The notes beneath the pieces were generated by a model. The model ran no database searches. It had not been told where the DNA came from and worked only from the letters and a program-made list of their open reading frames with translations. Shown here one piece after another: positions 10,284 through 21,868 of a DNA stretch of 64,000 nucleotides (positions are counted from its first letter, which is position 1; each line of letters begins with the position of its first letter). The translations under genes were made by a program, and so were the position numbers. Source of the DNA: an uncultured bacterium (lineage in GTDB: Bacteria; Chloroflexota; UBA5177; JANWHV01). The stretch spans positions 64,001 to 128,000 of the forward strand of contig CAWHAE010000017.1 of NCBI GenBank assembly GCA_963827235.1, given 5' to 3'.

Positions 10284-10703
10284 ATGCCCACTTCGACATT
10301 GCGACGACTAGAGGACATCGGCGAGACGGTAGTGCATGCTGATGAGGATGTGCGCGGACGGAAGGTCCTTGACGACGGGGGTGACACCATCGGCACAGTG
10401 GACGGCTTGATGGTCGACGATGACCAGAACAGAGTGCGTTTCCTCCAGGTGGAGTGCGGCGGCTTCCTCGGCCTGGGCGCTACGCACGTGATGATACCCG
10501 TCGATGCGATTATCGGCATCACCCGCGATACGGTCACTATCGATCGCGGCGGACGGCACCTGCGCGGTGCCCCACGCTACCATCCGGCGCTCACGAAAGA
10601 GATGGATGAGCGCTACTGGCGCGGAGTCTACGGCTACTACGGCTTCGCGCCCTACTGGGGGGCGGGATACGTGTACCCGAGGTACCCGTACTGCAACCCA
10701 TAG
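10284..10703 (+). CDS. PRC-barrel protein with Tyr-rich C-terminal tail
   Basis: DVRGRKVLDDGGDTIGTVDGLMVD...GGFLGLGATHVMIP; AGGAGG RBS; paralog of 41095-41514 and 44157-44576. Confidence 0.9.
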   Translation: MPTSTLRRLEDIGETVVHADEDVRGRKVLDDGGDTIGTVDGLMVDDDQNRVRFLQVECGGFLGLGATHVMIPVDAIIGITRDTVTIDRGGRHLRGAPRYHPALTKEMDERYWRGVYGYYGFAPYWGAGYVYPRYPYCNP

Positions 10704-10849
10704 CGCCCGCCCGTGCCTCCACGCGCAACCATGGGGCCGGCGACTCCACGCCAGTTCACGCCTGCGCGTCCACTGGCGTCGTCTGGCTCGCGGCAGGGCT
10801 TGGCGTTTTGCGCCCACCGTGGGCCTTGACGAAAAAGGATTCAACGGCC

Positions 10850-11008
10850 TTCCTGGGCATCGCGCCCGATGACCGGCGAAACGCGACCAATGAGGGTGTC
10901 ATCTCCGCGGCGACCGGGAGGGTCGCAGTCCGCGTGATCGGCACAGACGAAGAACGGATGATCGCCAGGGACGTGTGCCGCGTCCTCGGCATCAGCACAG
11001 GAGAGTAG
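10850..11008 (+). pseudogene. ackA: Acetate kinase C-terminal remnant
   Basis: FLGIAPDDRRNATNEGVIS...[16 protein letters not shown], the AckA C-terminus, directly upstream of xfp. Confidence 0.75.
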
Positions 11009-11012
11009 CAAC

Positions 11013-13421
11013 ATGGAGACGACGACGCTTACCCCGGCGATGCAGAACAGCGGCTCGAAGACGCACACCCTTTCCCCGGAGCTGCTCCACCAGATGGACG
11101 CCTACTGGCGTGCCGCCAACTATCTCTCGGTCGGCCAGATCTATCTCTACGACAATCCGCTGCTCAAGCAGCCGCTGCAGCTCTCGCACGTGAAGCCGCT
11201 GGTGGTCGGACACTGGGGCACCACACCGGGCCAGAACTTCATCTACGTGCACCTGAACCGGGTGATCAAGAAGTATGACCTGGACATGTTCTACATCGCC
11301 GGGCCCGGGCACGGCGGCCCGGCCCTGGTGGGAAACACGTACCTCGAAGGGACCTACTCCGAGGTTTACCCGAACATCAGCCAGGACGAAGCCGGGCTGA
11401 AGAAGCTGTTCTGGCAGTTCTCGTTTCCCGGCGGCGTCTCCAGCCATGTGGCGCCGACGACGCCGGGGTCGATTCACGAGGGCGGCGAGCTGGGATACTC
11501 GCTCAGCCACGCCTTCGGGGCCGCCTTCGACAATCCCGAGTTGATCGTCGCCTGCGTGATCGGCGACGGTGAGGCGGAAACGGGCCCCCTGGCCACCGCC
11601 TGGCAGTCCACCAAATTCCTCAACCCCGGGACCGACGGCGCCGTGCTGCCCATCCTGCACCTCAACGGCTACAAGATCAGCAATCCGACCGTGCTGGCCC
11701 GCGTCGAGCACGAGGAATTGGAACAGTTTCTCCGCGGCTGCGGCTGGGCACCCTACTTCGTGGAAGGCGATGAGCCGGACGCGATGCATGAGCTGATGGC
11801 CACCACGCTGGACACGGCCATCGAGGAGATTCGCCGCATCCAGGGTGCTGCGCGGGATACGCACGACGGCACGCGGCCGCGCTGGCCCATGATCGTGCTG
11901 CGCTCGCCCAAGGGCTGGACGGGACCGAAGGTCGTCGACGGTCTGCAGGTCGAAGGCACCTTCCGTTCGCACCAGGTGCCGCTTCTGGTGGATTCCGACC
12001 ACCCCGATCATGTGCAGCAGCTGGAAAGCTGGATGAAGAGCTACAAACCGGAAGAACTCTTCGATGCGGATGGCCGGCTGCTGCCGGAATTGGAATACCT
12101 CGCACCGAGAGGTGAGCGGCGCATGGGCGCCAATCCGCACGCCAACGGCGGTCTGCTGCTGCGCGACCTGCGTATGCCGGACTTCCACGTCCACGCGGTT
12201 CAGGTGCCCTCTCCGGGCGCTGTGGACGGCCAGGACACGCTCGTGCTGGGTGCGTTTTTGCGCGACGTGGCCAAGCTCAACCAGGATCAGCGCAACTTCC
12301 GCATCTTCGGTCCCGACGAAACGCTCTCCAATCTCCTGGGCGCGGTCTTTGAGGTCACCAGTCGCCAGTGGGACGCCCGGGAAGAACCGAACGACGAGTT
12401 CCTGGCTCCGGACGGACGCGTACTGGACTCCATGCTCAGCGAGCACCAGTGCGAGGGCTGGCTGGAAGGGTATCTGCTCACCGGACGACACGGGCTGTTC
12501 AACAGCTACGAGGCCTTTATTCGCATCGTCGACTCCATGTTCAGCCAGCACGCCAAGTGGCTGAAGGTCACCGCCAAGCTACCGTGGCGGCGGCCGATCG
12601 CCTCGCTGAACTATCTGCTTGCCTCCCACGTCTGGCAGCAGGATCACAACGGCTTCACGCACCAGGACCCGGGCTTCCTCGACCACGTCGTGAACAAGAA
12701 GGCCGATATCGTGCGCGTGTATCTGCCCCCCGATGCCAACTGCCTGCTCTCGGTCTTCGATCACTGCCTGCGCAGCCGGCACTACGTCAACGTGGTGGTA
12801 GCAGGCAAGCACGCCTTGCCGCAGTGGCTGTCCATCGACGCGGCGGTCGTGCATTGCACGGAAGGCATCGGCATCTGGCAATGGGCCAGCAACGACCAGG
12901 GAGCCGAGCCGGACGTGGTGATGGCCTGCTGCGGCGACACGCCCACGCTGGAGATTCTGGCCGCCGTGTCGATCCTGCGCACGCATCTGCCCGCGCTGAA
13001 AATCCGCGTGATCAACGTGGTCGACTTGATGAAGCTGCAGCCCAGCACGGAGCATCCGCACGGATTGAGCGACGCTGACTACGACTCCCTCTTCACCACA
13101 GACAAGCACATCATCTTCGGCTTCCATGGCTACCCCTGGCTGATCCACCGGCTGACCTATCGCCGGACCAACCGCAACTTGCATGTCCGCGGCTACATCG
13201 AAGAGGGCACGATCACCACGGCCTTCGACATGCGCGTGCAGAACGACCTGGACCGGTTCCACCTGGTGCAGGATGTGCTCGATCGCCTGCCGCACCTGGG
13301 CGCGAAGGGGGACTACCTGAAGCAGCAGATGCAGGACAAGCTGATCGAGCACCGGCAATACATCGACAAGCACGGCCAGGACATGCCGGAAATCCGCGAC
13401 TGGAAGTGGGGCAAGCGGTAA
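11013..13421 (+). CDS. xfp: Xylulose-5-P/fructose-6-P phosphoketolase
   Basis: [53 protein letters not shown]. Confidence 0.97.
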   Translation: METTTLTPAMQNSGSKTHTLSPELLHQMDAYWRAANYLSVGQIYLYDNPLLKQPLQLSHVKPLVVGHWGTTPGQNFIYVHLNRVIKKYDLDMFYIAGPGHGGPALVGNTYLEGTYSEVYPNISQDEAGLKKLFWQFSFPGGVSSHVAPTTPGSIHEGGELGYSLSHAFGAAFDNPELIVACVIGDGEAETGPLATAWQSTKFLNPGTDGAVLPILHLNGYKISNPTVLARVEHEELEQFLRGCGWAPYFVEGDEPDAMHELMATTLDTAIEEIRRIQGAARDTHDGTRPRWPMIVLRSPKGWTGPKVVDGLQVEGTFRSHQVPLLVDSDHPDHVQQLESWMKSYKPEELFDADGRLLPELEYLAPRGERRMGANPHANGGLLLRDLRMPDFHVHAVQVPSPGAVDGQDTLVLGAFLRDVAKLNQDQRNFRIFGPDETLSNLLGAVFEVTSRQWDAREEPNDEFLAPDGRVLDSMLSEHQCEGWLEGYLLTGRHGLFNSYEAFIRIVDSMFSQHAKWLKVTAKLPWRRPIASLNYLLASHVWQQDHNGFTHQDPGFLDHVVNKKADIVRVYLPPDANCLLSVFDHCLRSRHYVNVVVAGKHALPQWLSIDAAVVHCTEGIGIWQWASNDQGAEPDVVMACCGDTPTLEILAAVSILRTHLPALKIRVINVVDLMKLQPSTEHPHGLSDADYDSLFTTDKHIIFGFHGYPWLIHRLTYRRTNRNLHVRGYIEEGTITTAFDMRVQNDLDRFHLVQDVLDRLPHLGAKGDYLKQQMQDKLIEHRQYIDKHGQDMPEIRDWKWGKR

Positions 13422-14470
13422 TGAACACGCATGAGCTTATGGCCACAGCGCAGGCACTCGTCGCCGGGGACAGGGGCCTGCTGGCAATAGATGAGAGTCT
13501 GCCAACCTGCAACAAGCGCTTTGCCGGGTTGGGCATCCCCCAGACCGAGGAGGCCCGGCGCGCCTATCGAGAGCTGCTGGTGACCACGCCCGGCCTGGGC
13601 GAATGCATCAGCGGCGTGATTCTGTTCGACGAGACAATTCGCCAGCAGACGAGAGACGGCACGCCCTTTCTCAGGGTGCTCACGGTGGCGGGCATGATTC
13701 CCGGGATCAAAGTGGACATTGGCGCGAAGGACCTGGCAGGGCATCCCGGAGAGAAAGTCACCGAAGGGCTGGACGGGCTGCGTGACCGCCTGGCCGAGTA
13801 CGCGGGGATGGGCGCTCGCTTTGCCAAGTGGCGCGCGGTGCTTGCCGTGGCAGATGGCCTGCCCAGCCGGGCATGTCTCGAAGCCAACGCGCACGCCCTG
13901 GCGCGCTATGCCGCGTTGTGCCAGGAAGCCGGACTGGTGCCCGTGGTCGAGCCCGAAGTGCTGATGGACGGCGAGCACACGGTTGAGCGATGCGGCGAGG
14001 TCACGGAGGAAGTGCTGCGTACCCTGTTCCACCAGCTGTACACGCAGGGCGTACTGCTGGAGGGCCTGATCCTGAAGCCCAACATGGTGCTTTCGGGACT
14101 GAGCTGTCCGAAGCAAGCGCCGGTGGACGAGGTGGCCGACGCCACGGTGCGGTGTCTCCTGCGAGCCGTCCCCGCAGCCGTGCCGGGCATTGCCTTCCTG
14201 TCGGGCGGCCAATCGCCTGATCTGGCTTCGGCTCGTCTGAATGCGATGAGCGTCAGATTCGGGTCCAGACTACCCTGGCCGTTGGCGTTCTCGTTTGGCC
14301 GTGCCATCCAGCAACCGGCCTTGGAGATATGGCACGGCGAGGACGCCAACGTCGCGGCGGCGCAGCAGGCGCTCTGGCATCGAGCGAGGTGCAACCAGAC
14401 CGCGCGTCGCGGCGAGTACACAGTGGAGATGGAACTGACAGCACCAGTACTCCAGACCGCGACGCCGTGA
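13421..14470 (+). CDS. fba: Fructose-bisphosphate aldolase class I
   Basis: GLLAIDES, GVILFDET, PGIKVDIG, FAKWRAV, PVVEPEV, LKPNMV, FLSGGQS, FSFGRA. Confidence 0.96.
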   Translation: MNTHELMATAQALVAGDRGLLAIDESLPTCNKRFAGLGIPQTEEARRAYRELLVTTPGLGECISGVILFDETIRQQTRDGTPFLRVLTVAGMIPGIKVDIGAKDLAGHPGEKVTEGLDGLRDRLAEYAGMGARFAKWRAVLAVADGLPSRACLEANAHALARYAALCQEAGLVPVVEPEVLMDGEHTVERCGEVTEEVLRTLFHQLYTQGVLLEGLILKPNMVLSGLSCPKQAPVDEVADATVRCLLRAVPAAVPGIAFLSGGQSPDLASARLNAMSVRFGSRLPWPLAFSFGRAIQQPALEIWHGEDANVAAAQQALWHRARCNQTARRGEYTVEMELTAPVLQTATP

Positions 14471-15459
14471 GCGACACAGCGCTGTATCCTCTGACTTTCG
14501 AACCGATCTACCAGTACCGGCTCTGGGGTGGCCGGCGCCTGGCCGACCTGCTCGGCGCGCCTCTGCCCGGCGACGGTCCCATTGGCGAAGCATGGCTGCT
14601 CAGCGACCGCGCCGACCACCAGAGCCGCGTTTCCAATGGACCGCTCCAAGGACTGACCATCGGGCAGCTGATCGAGCAGTACCCGGAGCCGCTGATGGGA
14701 ACGCTGGCCGGGCGCTTCCGACGCTTCCCCTTGCTGCTCAAGTTCCTCGACGTGCATGAAACACTCTCGGTCCAGGTGCATCCCTCGGATGCGCAGACGG
14801 CGTTGTTGCCTGATGGTGAGAGCGGCAAGACCGAGGCATGGGTCGTGCTGCAAGCGGGGACGGAAAGCCGGGTCTATGCGGGCCTGAGGCCGGGCACGAC
14901 CGCGGACAGCCTGCGGCGGGCACTGGCCAATGGGACGGTGGCCGACCAACTCGCTTGCTTCACGCCGCAACCCGGCGACGGGGTGTTCATCCCGGCTGGG
15001 ACGGTGCACGCGCTGGGTGGCGACGTACTGGTGTTCGAGATTCAAGAGAACAGCGACGTCACCTTTCGTCTGTATGACTGGGACCACGTCGACGCCAAGA
15101 CGGGCCGGCCGCGAGCACTGCAGGTCGAACAGGCGCTTGCCTGCATTGACTTTGCCGGTAGCTCGGCCGGGCTGGTGGCACCCGTGATGGAAGCGACGAT
15201 GCCGGTAGGGCGCGAGCGACTCGTTCGGTGCCCACAGTTCCGGCTGTGGCGACTGCGCGGACAGTCGCCGTTTACCGTCGGTGCCGTCGGAGTGCCGCGC
15301 GTGCTCGTGTGCATCGAGGGCGAGGGGCAGGTCGAACACAGTGGCACCACGTGTGCCGTGGGAAGAGGCGATGTCGTGCTGTTGCCGGCGGTGCTCGGAG
15401 TCTGTGCGTTTCGGCCCCACGGGGACGCAAACGTGTTGGAAATGGCGCTGCCCAAGTAG
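14467..15459 (+). CDS. manA: Type I phosphomannose isomerase
   Basis: RLWGGRRL, IGEAW, FPLLLKFLD, LSVQVHP, GKTEAW, PAGTVHA, EIQENSDVTFRLYDW; GTGA overlap with fba. Confidence 0.93.
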   Translation: MSDTALYPLTFEPIYQYRLWGGRRLADLLGAPLPGDGPIGEAWLLSDRADHQSRVSNGPLQGLTIGQLIEQYPEPLMGTLAGRFRRFPLLLKFLDVHETLSVQVHPSDAQTALLPDGESGKTEAWVVLQAGTESRVYAGLRPGTTADSLRRALANGTVADQLACFTPQPGDGVFIPAGTVHALGGDVLVFEIQENSDVTFRLYDWDHVDAKTGRPRALQVEQALACIDFAGSSAGLVAPVMEATMPVGRERLVRCPQFRLWRLRGQSPFTVGAVGVPRVLVCIEGEGQVEHSGTTCAVGRGDVVLLPAVLGVCAFRPHGDANVLEMALPK

Positions 15460-15539
15460 GGTGTGACCGGCCTCGGCGGGACAGCCGGCAGAGCCTTGAA
15501 CGCTGCGAGCGATCGCAGAAATCGAGAGGTGGACGCAGC

Positions 15540-16298
15540 GTGAAGAAGCTCATCGTCTTTGATCTGGACGGTACGCTTGCCGAGAGCAAGTCGGCACTTG
15601 ACGCCGAGATGTCGACACTGCTGCACGACCTGCTCGGCATCGTCCAGGTGGCCGTGATCTCCGGCGGCGATTGGCCCCAATTTGAAAAGCAGGTGCTCGT
15701 CCATCTGCCCCATGACGAACGCCTGGCACATCTCTCCCTTCTACCGACCTGCGGCACGAAGTTCTACCGGTACGCGGGGGAGTGGAAGCAGATCTATGCG
15801 GAGAACTTCAGCGCGCAGGAAAAGCAGCGCATTGTCGGCGCCCTCGACAAGGCCGTCGACGCAGCCGGTCTGAAGGTGGACAAGGTCTGGGGCGAGGTTA
15901 TTGAAGACCGGGGCAGCCAGATCACCTTCTCAGCCCTGGGTCAGCAGGCTCCCCTGGAAGAAAAGGACGCATGGGACCCCGAGTACGCCAAGCGAAAGAA
16001 GATCAAGGCGATCCTGGACACGCTCATTCCCGACTTCTCGGTTCGCATGGGCGGCGCGACCTCCATTGATGTGACCAAACCAGGCATCGACAAGGCCTAC
16101 GGCGTGCGAAAGCTGCGAGACATCCTGGGCATGTCGTTGAAGGAGATGATCTTCATCGGCGATGCCCTGTTCCCTGGCGGGAACGACTATCCGGCGGAAG
16201 AAGCGGGGGTCGTCTCCATCCCTGTGAAAGGTCCCGATGAAACGAAGCGAGTGATCGAAGCGATTATCGCCTGCCTGGATGGCGAGCAGCGCCCGTGA
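15540..16298 (+). CDS. HAD-IIB hydrolase, eukaryote-type phosphomannomutase (Sec53/PMM-like)
   Basis: FDLDGTL, ISGGD, IEDRGSQITFS, GGATSIDV, FIGDALFPGGND. Confidence 0.85.
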   Translation: MKKLIVFDLDGTLAESKSALDAEMSTLLHDLLGIVQVAVISGGDWPQFEKQVLVHLPHDERLAHLSLLPTCGTKFYRYAGEWKQIYAENFSAQEKQRIVGALDKAVDAAGLKVDKVWGEVIEDRGSQITFSALGQQAPLEEKDAWDPEYAKRKKIKAILDTLIPDFSVRMGGATSIDVTKPGIDKAYGVRKLRDILGMSLKEMIFIGDALFPGGNDYPAEEAGVVSIPVKGPDETKRVIEAIIACLDGEQRP

Positions 16299-16315
16299 GC
16301 AGGTGAGGAGAGGTG

Positions 16316-17430
16316 ATGAGCGGATTCACGTTGCGGCGCCTGGGACTGGTGATGGAGCCGGAGCCGGGCAATCCCCAGGAGGTCGAGGGTGTCCTGAATC
16401 CGGCGGCCGTTCGCGGACCAGATGGTAACCTGTACCTGTTTCCCCGCCTCGTGGCGCGGGGCAACTATTCGCGCATCGGCATCGCCCGCGTGCTCTTCAA
16501 CCAGTCCGGCGACCCGGCAGGCGTGGAGCGGCTCGGCATTGCCCTGGAGCCGGAAGCGGACTACGAGCGTCGGCCCGATGGCGGCGGTGGCTGCGAGGAC
16601 CCACGCATCACGTTCGTTGAACCGCTCCAGCGCTACGTGATGACCTACGCGGCATTCTCGCCCATCGGCCCACGCATAGCGCTGGCCATCTCGGAGGACT
16701 TGTTCCACTGGACGCGACTGGGACTGGCAACCTTTGCTGCCTATCGCGGCATCGATTTCGTGCATGTGGACAACAAGGATGCCAGCCTCTTCCCGGTGGC
16801 CATCGCCAATCACGCCGGCAAACTGCAGCTTGCCATGCTCCATCGACCGCTGTTTCCCGGCACGCGTCCCGAGGAAACCGCCCGCCATGCGGCCTCCCGG
16901 TTGGTGGATCTGGATCGAGAAAGCATCTGGATATCCTACTGCCCGATGGCGTTACCGGACCGCCCATCGCCGCACCTCGGCCTGTTCAATTCGCATCACC
17001 GGCTCGCCGCCCCGGTCGCACCTTGGGAGCGGCTCAAAATTGGCTGCGGCACACCGCCCATCCTCACCCGGCATGGCTGGCTGATTCTGTACCACGGCGT
17101 GAGCGCACTGGGGGAGCCGGGCAGCGACGGACATGCACTCTGCTACTCGGCCGGGGTGATGGTGCTGGCGACGGAGCATCCGCGTCTGATCCGCTATCGC
17201 TCGCCGGAGCCGGTACTGCGGCCGGAGTTGCCGAGAGAACGCGGCGGCACCATCGCCAACGTCGTGTTCCCGACCGGCATCGACCGGCGCGACGATCTCG
17301 GCACGCCGGACCGCTTCGACGTCTACTACGGGATGGCCGACGACCGCATCGGCGTGGCTTGCCTGGACGTGCCGGAGTTCTTGCCGCCCGGAGGTGTCCC
17401 CGACCCGCCGGAACCAGAGAGGCAAGGTGC
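16316..17430 (+). CDS. GH130 glycoside phosphorylase/hydrolase (3' end approximate; no stop before the ATPase)
   Basis: GVLNPAA, GCEDPRIT, NKDASLFP, MLHRP, KIGCGTPP, WLILYHGV, NVVFPTG, YYGMAD. Confidence 0.88.
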
Positions 17431-17551
17431 TCGATGCCGGGCGTGCAACAGCATGCATGAAACGTGTTCGCTCGCGCCTCGTCCACCGATGGTCCAGGAT
17501 CCCGCTGGGCCGAGACTGGCGGGAGGAAACAAGAACAGGAGGATAGCCACC

Positions 17552-20372
17552 ATGACACCACAGACAGATGCGGCGAAAGCTCCCGACGCGAAGGCTCCCG
17601 ATGCCAAGACTGCCGATGCGAAGGACGGATCGACGCTCGATGCGAAGGCCGCCGATACGAAGGCGCCCGAAGCCAAACCCGCTGTGAAGGCACCCGATGC
17701 GCGGGGCGATCCGGCGGCCCAATCGAAGCCGGATGCCAAGGACGATCTCAAGTCCCTGCCCATGGCGGAGGTGGAGAAACGACTGCAGTCGTCGCCGGAC
17801 GGCCTCACGCAAGCCGAGGCGCAGAAACGGCTGACCCAGTATGGACCAAACGAGATCGAAGAAAAGAAAGTCAATCCGCTCCTGAAGTTCCTCGGCTATT
17901 TCTGGGGTCCCATTCCCTGGATGATCGAAGCGGCGGTGGTGCTCTCGGGCATCGTGCAGCACTGGCCGGACTTCTTCATCATCCTTGTGTTGCTGCTCGC
18001 CAACGCCGTGGTCGGATTCTGGGAGGAACGCCAGGCGGGCAGCGCCATCGCCGCCTTGAAGGCCCAGCTGGCGATCAAGGCCCGCGTGAAACGCGATGGA
18101 AAGTGGATCACCCCGGCGGCACGGGAGCTCGTACCGGGCGATGTCATCCGCATGCGCCTGGGCGACGTCGTGCCGGCGGATGCGCGCCTGCTGGCAGGCG
18201 ACCCGGTGCAGGTGGATCAGTCCGCGCTCACCGGAGAGTCGCTGCCCGTCACGGTCTCATCCGGCGGGGCCGTGTATTCCGGGCTCGATCATCCGTCAGG
18301 GGGAAATCGGCGCCCTGGTCTATGGCACGGGTGCGAACACCTACTTCGGCAAGACCGCGCGGCTGGTGCAGGAGGCGCACACCGTCAGCCACTTTCAACG
18401 CGCGGTGCTGAAGATCGGCAATTACCTGATCATCCTCGCGGTGAGTCCTGGTGGCGGTGATTATCGCCATCTCGCTCCTGCGTGGCGACGCGGTGCTGAC
18501 CACGCTGCAATTCGCCCTGGTGCTGACCGTGGCGGCGATTCCCGTGGCCATGCCGACGGTCTTGTCGGTGACGATGGCAGTCGGTGCGCGCTTGCTGGCC
18601 AAGAAGAAGGCGATAGTCAGCAAATTGGTGGCCATCGAGGAGTTGGCGGGCGTGGACGTGCTGTGCACGGACAAGACCGGCACCCTGACCCAGAACAAGC
18701 TGACGCTGGGCGACCCGTTCAGCGTGAACGATATCCCCGCCGCGCAGGTGATCCTCGCCGGCGCGCTGGCCTCGCGCGCGGACAACGACGACACCATCGA
18801 TCTGGCCGTGCTGGGTGGCGTGAAAGACGACCAGGCCTTGAAAGGGTATCAGGTCGTCCATTTCCAGCCCTTCGACGCGGTGCATAAACGCACGGAGGCC
18901 AGCGTCAAAGGGGCGGACGGCAAGGCGTTCAAGGTGACGAAGGGCGCGCCGCAGGTGATCCTGGCCCTGTCGGCCAATGCCGGGCAGGTGCAGCCTGCCG
19001 TCAAGCAGGCGGTCGACGAGTTCGCGGCGCGCGGCTTTCGTGCCCTGGGCGTGGCGCGGGCCGAAGGAGACGGCGACTGGCAGTTTCTTGGCGTGTTGCC
19101 ACTGTTCGATCCGCCGCGGGACGATGCCAAGTCCACCATCGCGACCGCCCGTCAGATGGGTGTGACGGTCAAGATGGTGACCGGCGATGCCCTGGCCATC
19201 GCCCAGGAGACCGCCAAGAAACTGGGCATGGGCACGAACATTCTCGACGCCGGCAGCCTGGGCGACGTCAAGAAGCAGGAGACCACGGCGGTGGCCGAGT
19301 CCATCGAGCAGGCCGACGGGTTCGCCCAGGTCTTCCCCGAACACAAGTATCACATCGTGGATGTCCTGCAGAAACAGGGCCACATCGTCGGCATGACGGG
19401 CGATGGCGTGAACGACGCCCCTGCGCTCAAGAAAGCCGACTGCGGTATCGCCGTGTCGGGCGCCACGGACGCGGCGCGTGCGGCTGCGGCCATCGTGCTG
19501 ACGACGCCCGGCCTGGCGGTGATCATCGACGCGATCAAGGAGAGCCGCAAGATCTTCCAGCGCATGAACAGCTACGCGATCTATCGCATCGCCGAGACGC
19601 TGCGTGTGCTGTTGTTCATGACCCTGGCGATCCTGGTCTTCAACTTTTTCCCCCTGACGGCCGTGATGATCGTGATGCTGGCCTTGCTCAACGACGGCGC
19701 CATCCTGTCCATTGCCTATGACAACGTGCACTACAAGGATCAGCCCGAGGCCTGGAACATGCGCCTGGTGCTGGGCATCGCCACGGTGCTGGGCGTCGTC
19801 GGCCCCATCGCCGCGTTTGGCCTGTTCTATCTCGGCGATCGCGTCTTTCACCTCGCCCATCCGCAGCTGCAGACGATGATGTATCTGCTGCTTTCCGTAG
19901 CCGGACATCTGACGATTTTCCTCACCCGCACCCGTGGCCCGTTCTGGTCCATCCGTCCCGCGCGGATTCTGTTGGTTGCCGTATGCGGCACGCAAACGCT
20001 GGCGACGCTGATGGCGGTGTATGGGCTGGGGATCATGACACCCCTCGGCTGGGAATGGGCCTTGGTCGTGTGGGGCTATGCGCTGGCATGGTTCCTGGTG
20101 AGCGACCGGGTGAAACTGCTCGCGTATCGTTTCTTTGATCCGGCCAAGATCAAGACACCGATCGAGCGCGACACCGCGGACTCGCCACGACACCGTCCGA
20201 TTTGGGGCCGCGGATCGCCAAGGGTGCCTATGCCCTGTATGAGCAGCACGGCCGCCACGACGGCCACGCAACGGAGGACTGGCTGCAGGCGGAGCAGAAG
20301 GTCACGAAAGCCGACGCCACAAAAGAGGCCGTAGGGCGCCGCACGGCGGCAGGTCAGAAGAACGGACGATGA
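17552..20372 (+). CDS. Plasma-membrane H+-efflux P-type ATPase (IIIA) with DUF2934-like tail; three frameshifts (~18282, ~18448, ~20186)
   Basis: AGGAGG RBS at 17552 start; LTGES, PVAMP, DKTGTLT, KGAPQ, MVTGD, GDGVNDAPAL across frames; shifted tail IAKGAYALYEQHGRHDGHATEDWLQAE ends at an ATGA overlap with ppk2. Confidence 0.88.
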
Positions 20373-20658
20373 AAATCAAATCAAAGAACTTCTGTGTAAA
20401 GCCCGGAGAAGCGGTCAAGCTCGAAGAGCGGCCGACCGGCGTGCAGCCCCTGTACGAGTCGAAAAAGCAGTATCAGACAGTCCTGGAAGAACACGCCGTG
20501 GAGTTGAGCGCGCTGCAACGCCTGCACTACGCGTCCAGCCGCTACGCGCTGCTGCTGATCTTGGAGGGGATGGACGCGGCCGGCAAGGACGGCGCCATCC
20601 GGCACGTCATGTCCGGAGTCAATCCACAAGACTGCCAGGTGTTGAGTTTCAAACAGCT
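20369..20658 (+). pseudogene. ppk2: Polyphosphate kinase 2 family, N-terminal fragment
   Basis: LLLILEGMDAAGKDGAIRHVMSGVNPQDCQVLSFKQ, after which similarity stops. Confidence 0.8.
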
Positions 20659-20935
20659 GAGGAGCTGGAGCATGATGCAGTTTCGCAGTGTTCAGCAGTT
20701 GCGGCTCCGGTGGGAGGAGGAGACCGGCGTGGATCCGTGTGCGCCGGGGCCGGTCTGCCTGCGGGGGCCGCGCGCAACTGTTGGGCATCCTGCGCGCTAC
20801 GCGTCCACTCCGCCTTGGGCGAGCTACGGCGTGGGCATACGGCAGGGTGCCGCGTCGTGCACGTCGAAGCCGCCGATACCGTCATTCCGTACATGTGACT
20901 TCATGGAGTAGTCCGAACAGCTGGAGGAAGTACCA

Positions 20936-21775
20936 GTGAGTGGTATGCGCGTTCGCCTCGGTCATATCTTCGACCCTGCCAGTGGCAGGGCGCTGATTGT
21001 TCCGCTCGATCATGGGCTGGTCCTAGGCGCGCTGGCGGGCCTGGAGAACCCACGGTCCTTGCTCGAAAGCTTGGAGCCCCTCGGAGTCGATGCTACCCTG
21101 CTTGGTCCGGGACTGGCGCAGCTACATGGCGATATCTTTGCCCGTCGATCGGCGCCGGCCCGCATACTGACCGTGGACATGCCGCTCCTCTCCAACGTGC
21201 CGGGTGAGTCCTCGGAGGTGCGTGCCTACGCCATGGTCGCTACGGTAGCCGACGCGCTACGTCTGGGAGTCGACGGTGTGAAGGCGATGCTGGTCTGGGG
21301 GATTGAGCCCGCGGTCGAGATGGAGAGTCTCAGGCTGATCGCTGCGCTGGCACGGGAGTGCGAGCTCAGTGGCATGCCCTTAATGATCGAACCAGTACTC
21401 TGGGGTAAGGCTATCGGCGACGCCAGACATGCCGACCCGCATCTCATCGCCAATGCCTGCCGGATCGCCGTGGAGCTCGGCGCCCACATCGTCAAGGCGC
21501 CCTACGTCGCAGACATCGACGCTCTCGCAATGCTGGTACGCAATACCCCGGTGCCCATCGTGATTCTCGGCGGCCCCCGCCTGGATGATGAACGGGAGGT
21601 TCTGCAGATCGCGGAGCGCGCTACTGCAGCCGGGGTGAACGGCATCGTATTCGGTCGCAATGTATTCCAGCGGCCGAATGCCGCACAGATGATCAAGGCG
21701 CTTCGCGCGATTATCCACGAGAACAAGTCCGCCGGTGACGCTGCCGGGATGCTGGGGTTATCGCCAGATGCATAG
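20936..21775 (+). CDS. DhnA/LsrF-type class I aldolase
   Basis: IVPLDHG, MPLMIEP, ACRIAVELGAHIVK, PIVILGG, FGRNVFQ. Confidence 0.9.
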   Translation: MSGMRVRLGHIFDPASGRALIVPLDHGLVLGALAGLENPRSLLESLEPLGVDATLLGPGLAQLHGDIFARRSAPARILTVDMPLLSNVPGESSEVRAYAMVATVADALRLGVDGVKAMLVWGIEPAVEMESLRLIAALARECELSGMPLMIEPVLWGKAIGDARHADPHLIANACRIAVELGAHIVKAPYVADIDALAMLVRNTPVPIVILGGPRLDDEREVLQIAERATAAGVNGIVFGRNVFQRPNAAQMIKALRAIIHENKSAGDAAGMLGLSPDA

Positions 21776-21868
21776 CAGGCCCACCGCAAGGCGGCCTAGG
21801 AAATTCGTCGCCATATTGGCCGAGAGCCGGCAGGGCGAACATGCAGTACTCCGAAGAGAGGCGAACAT

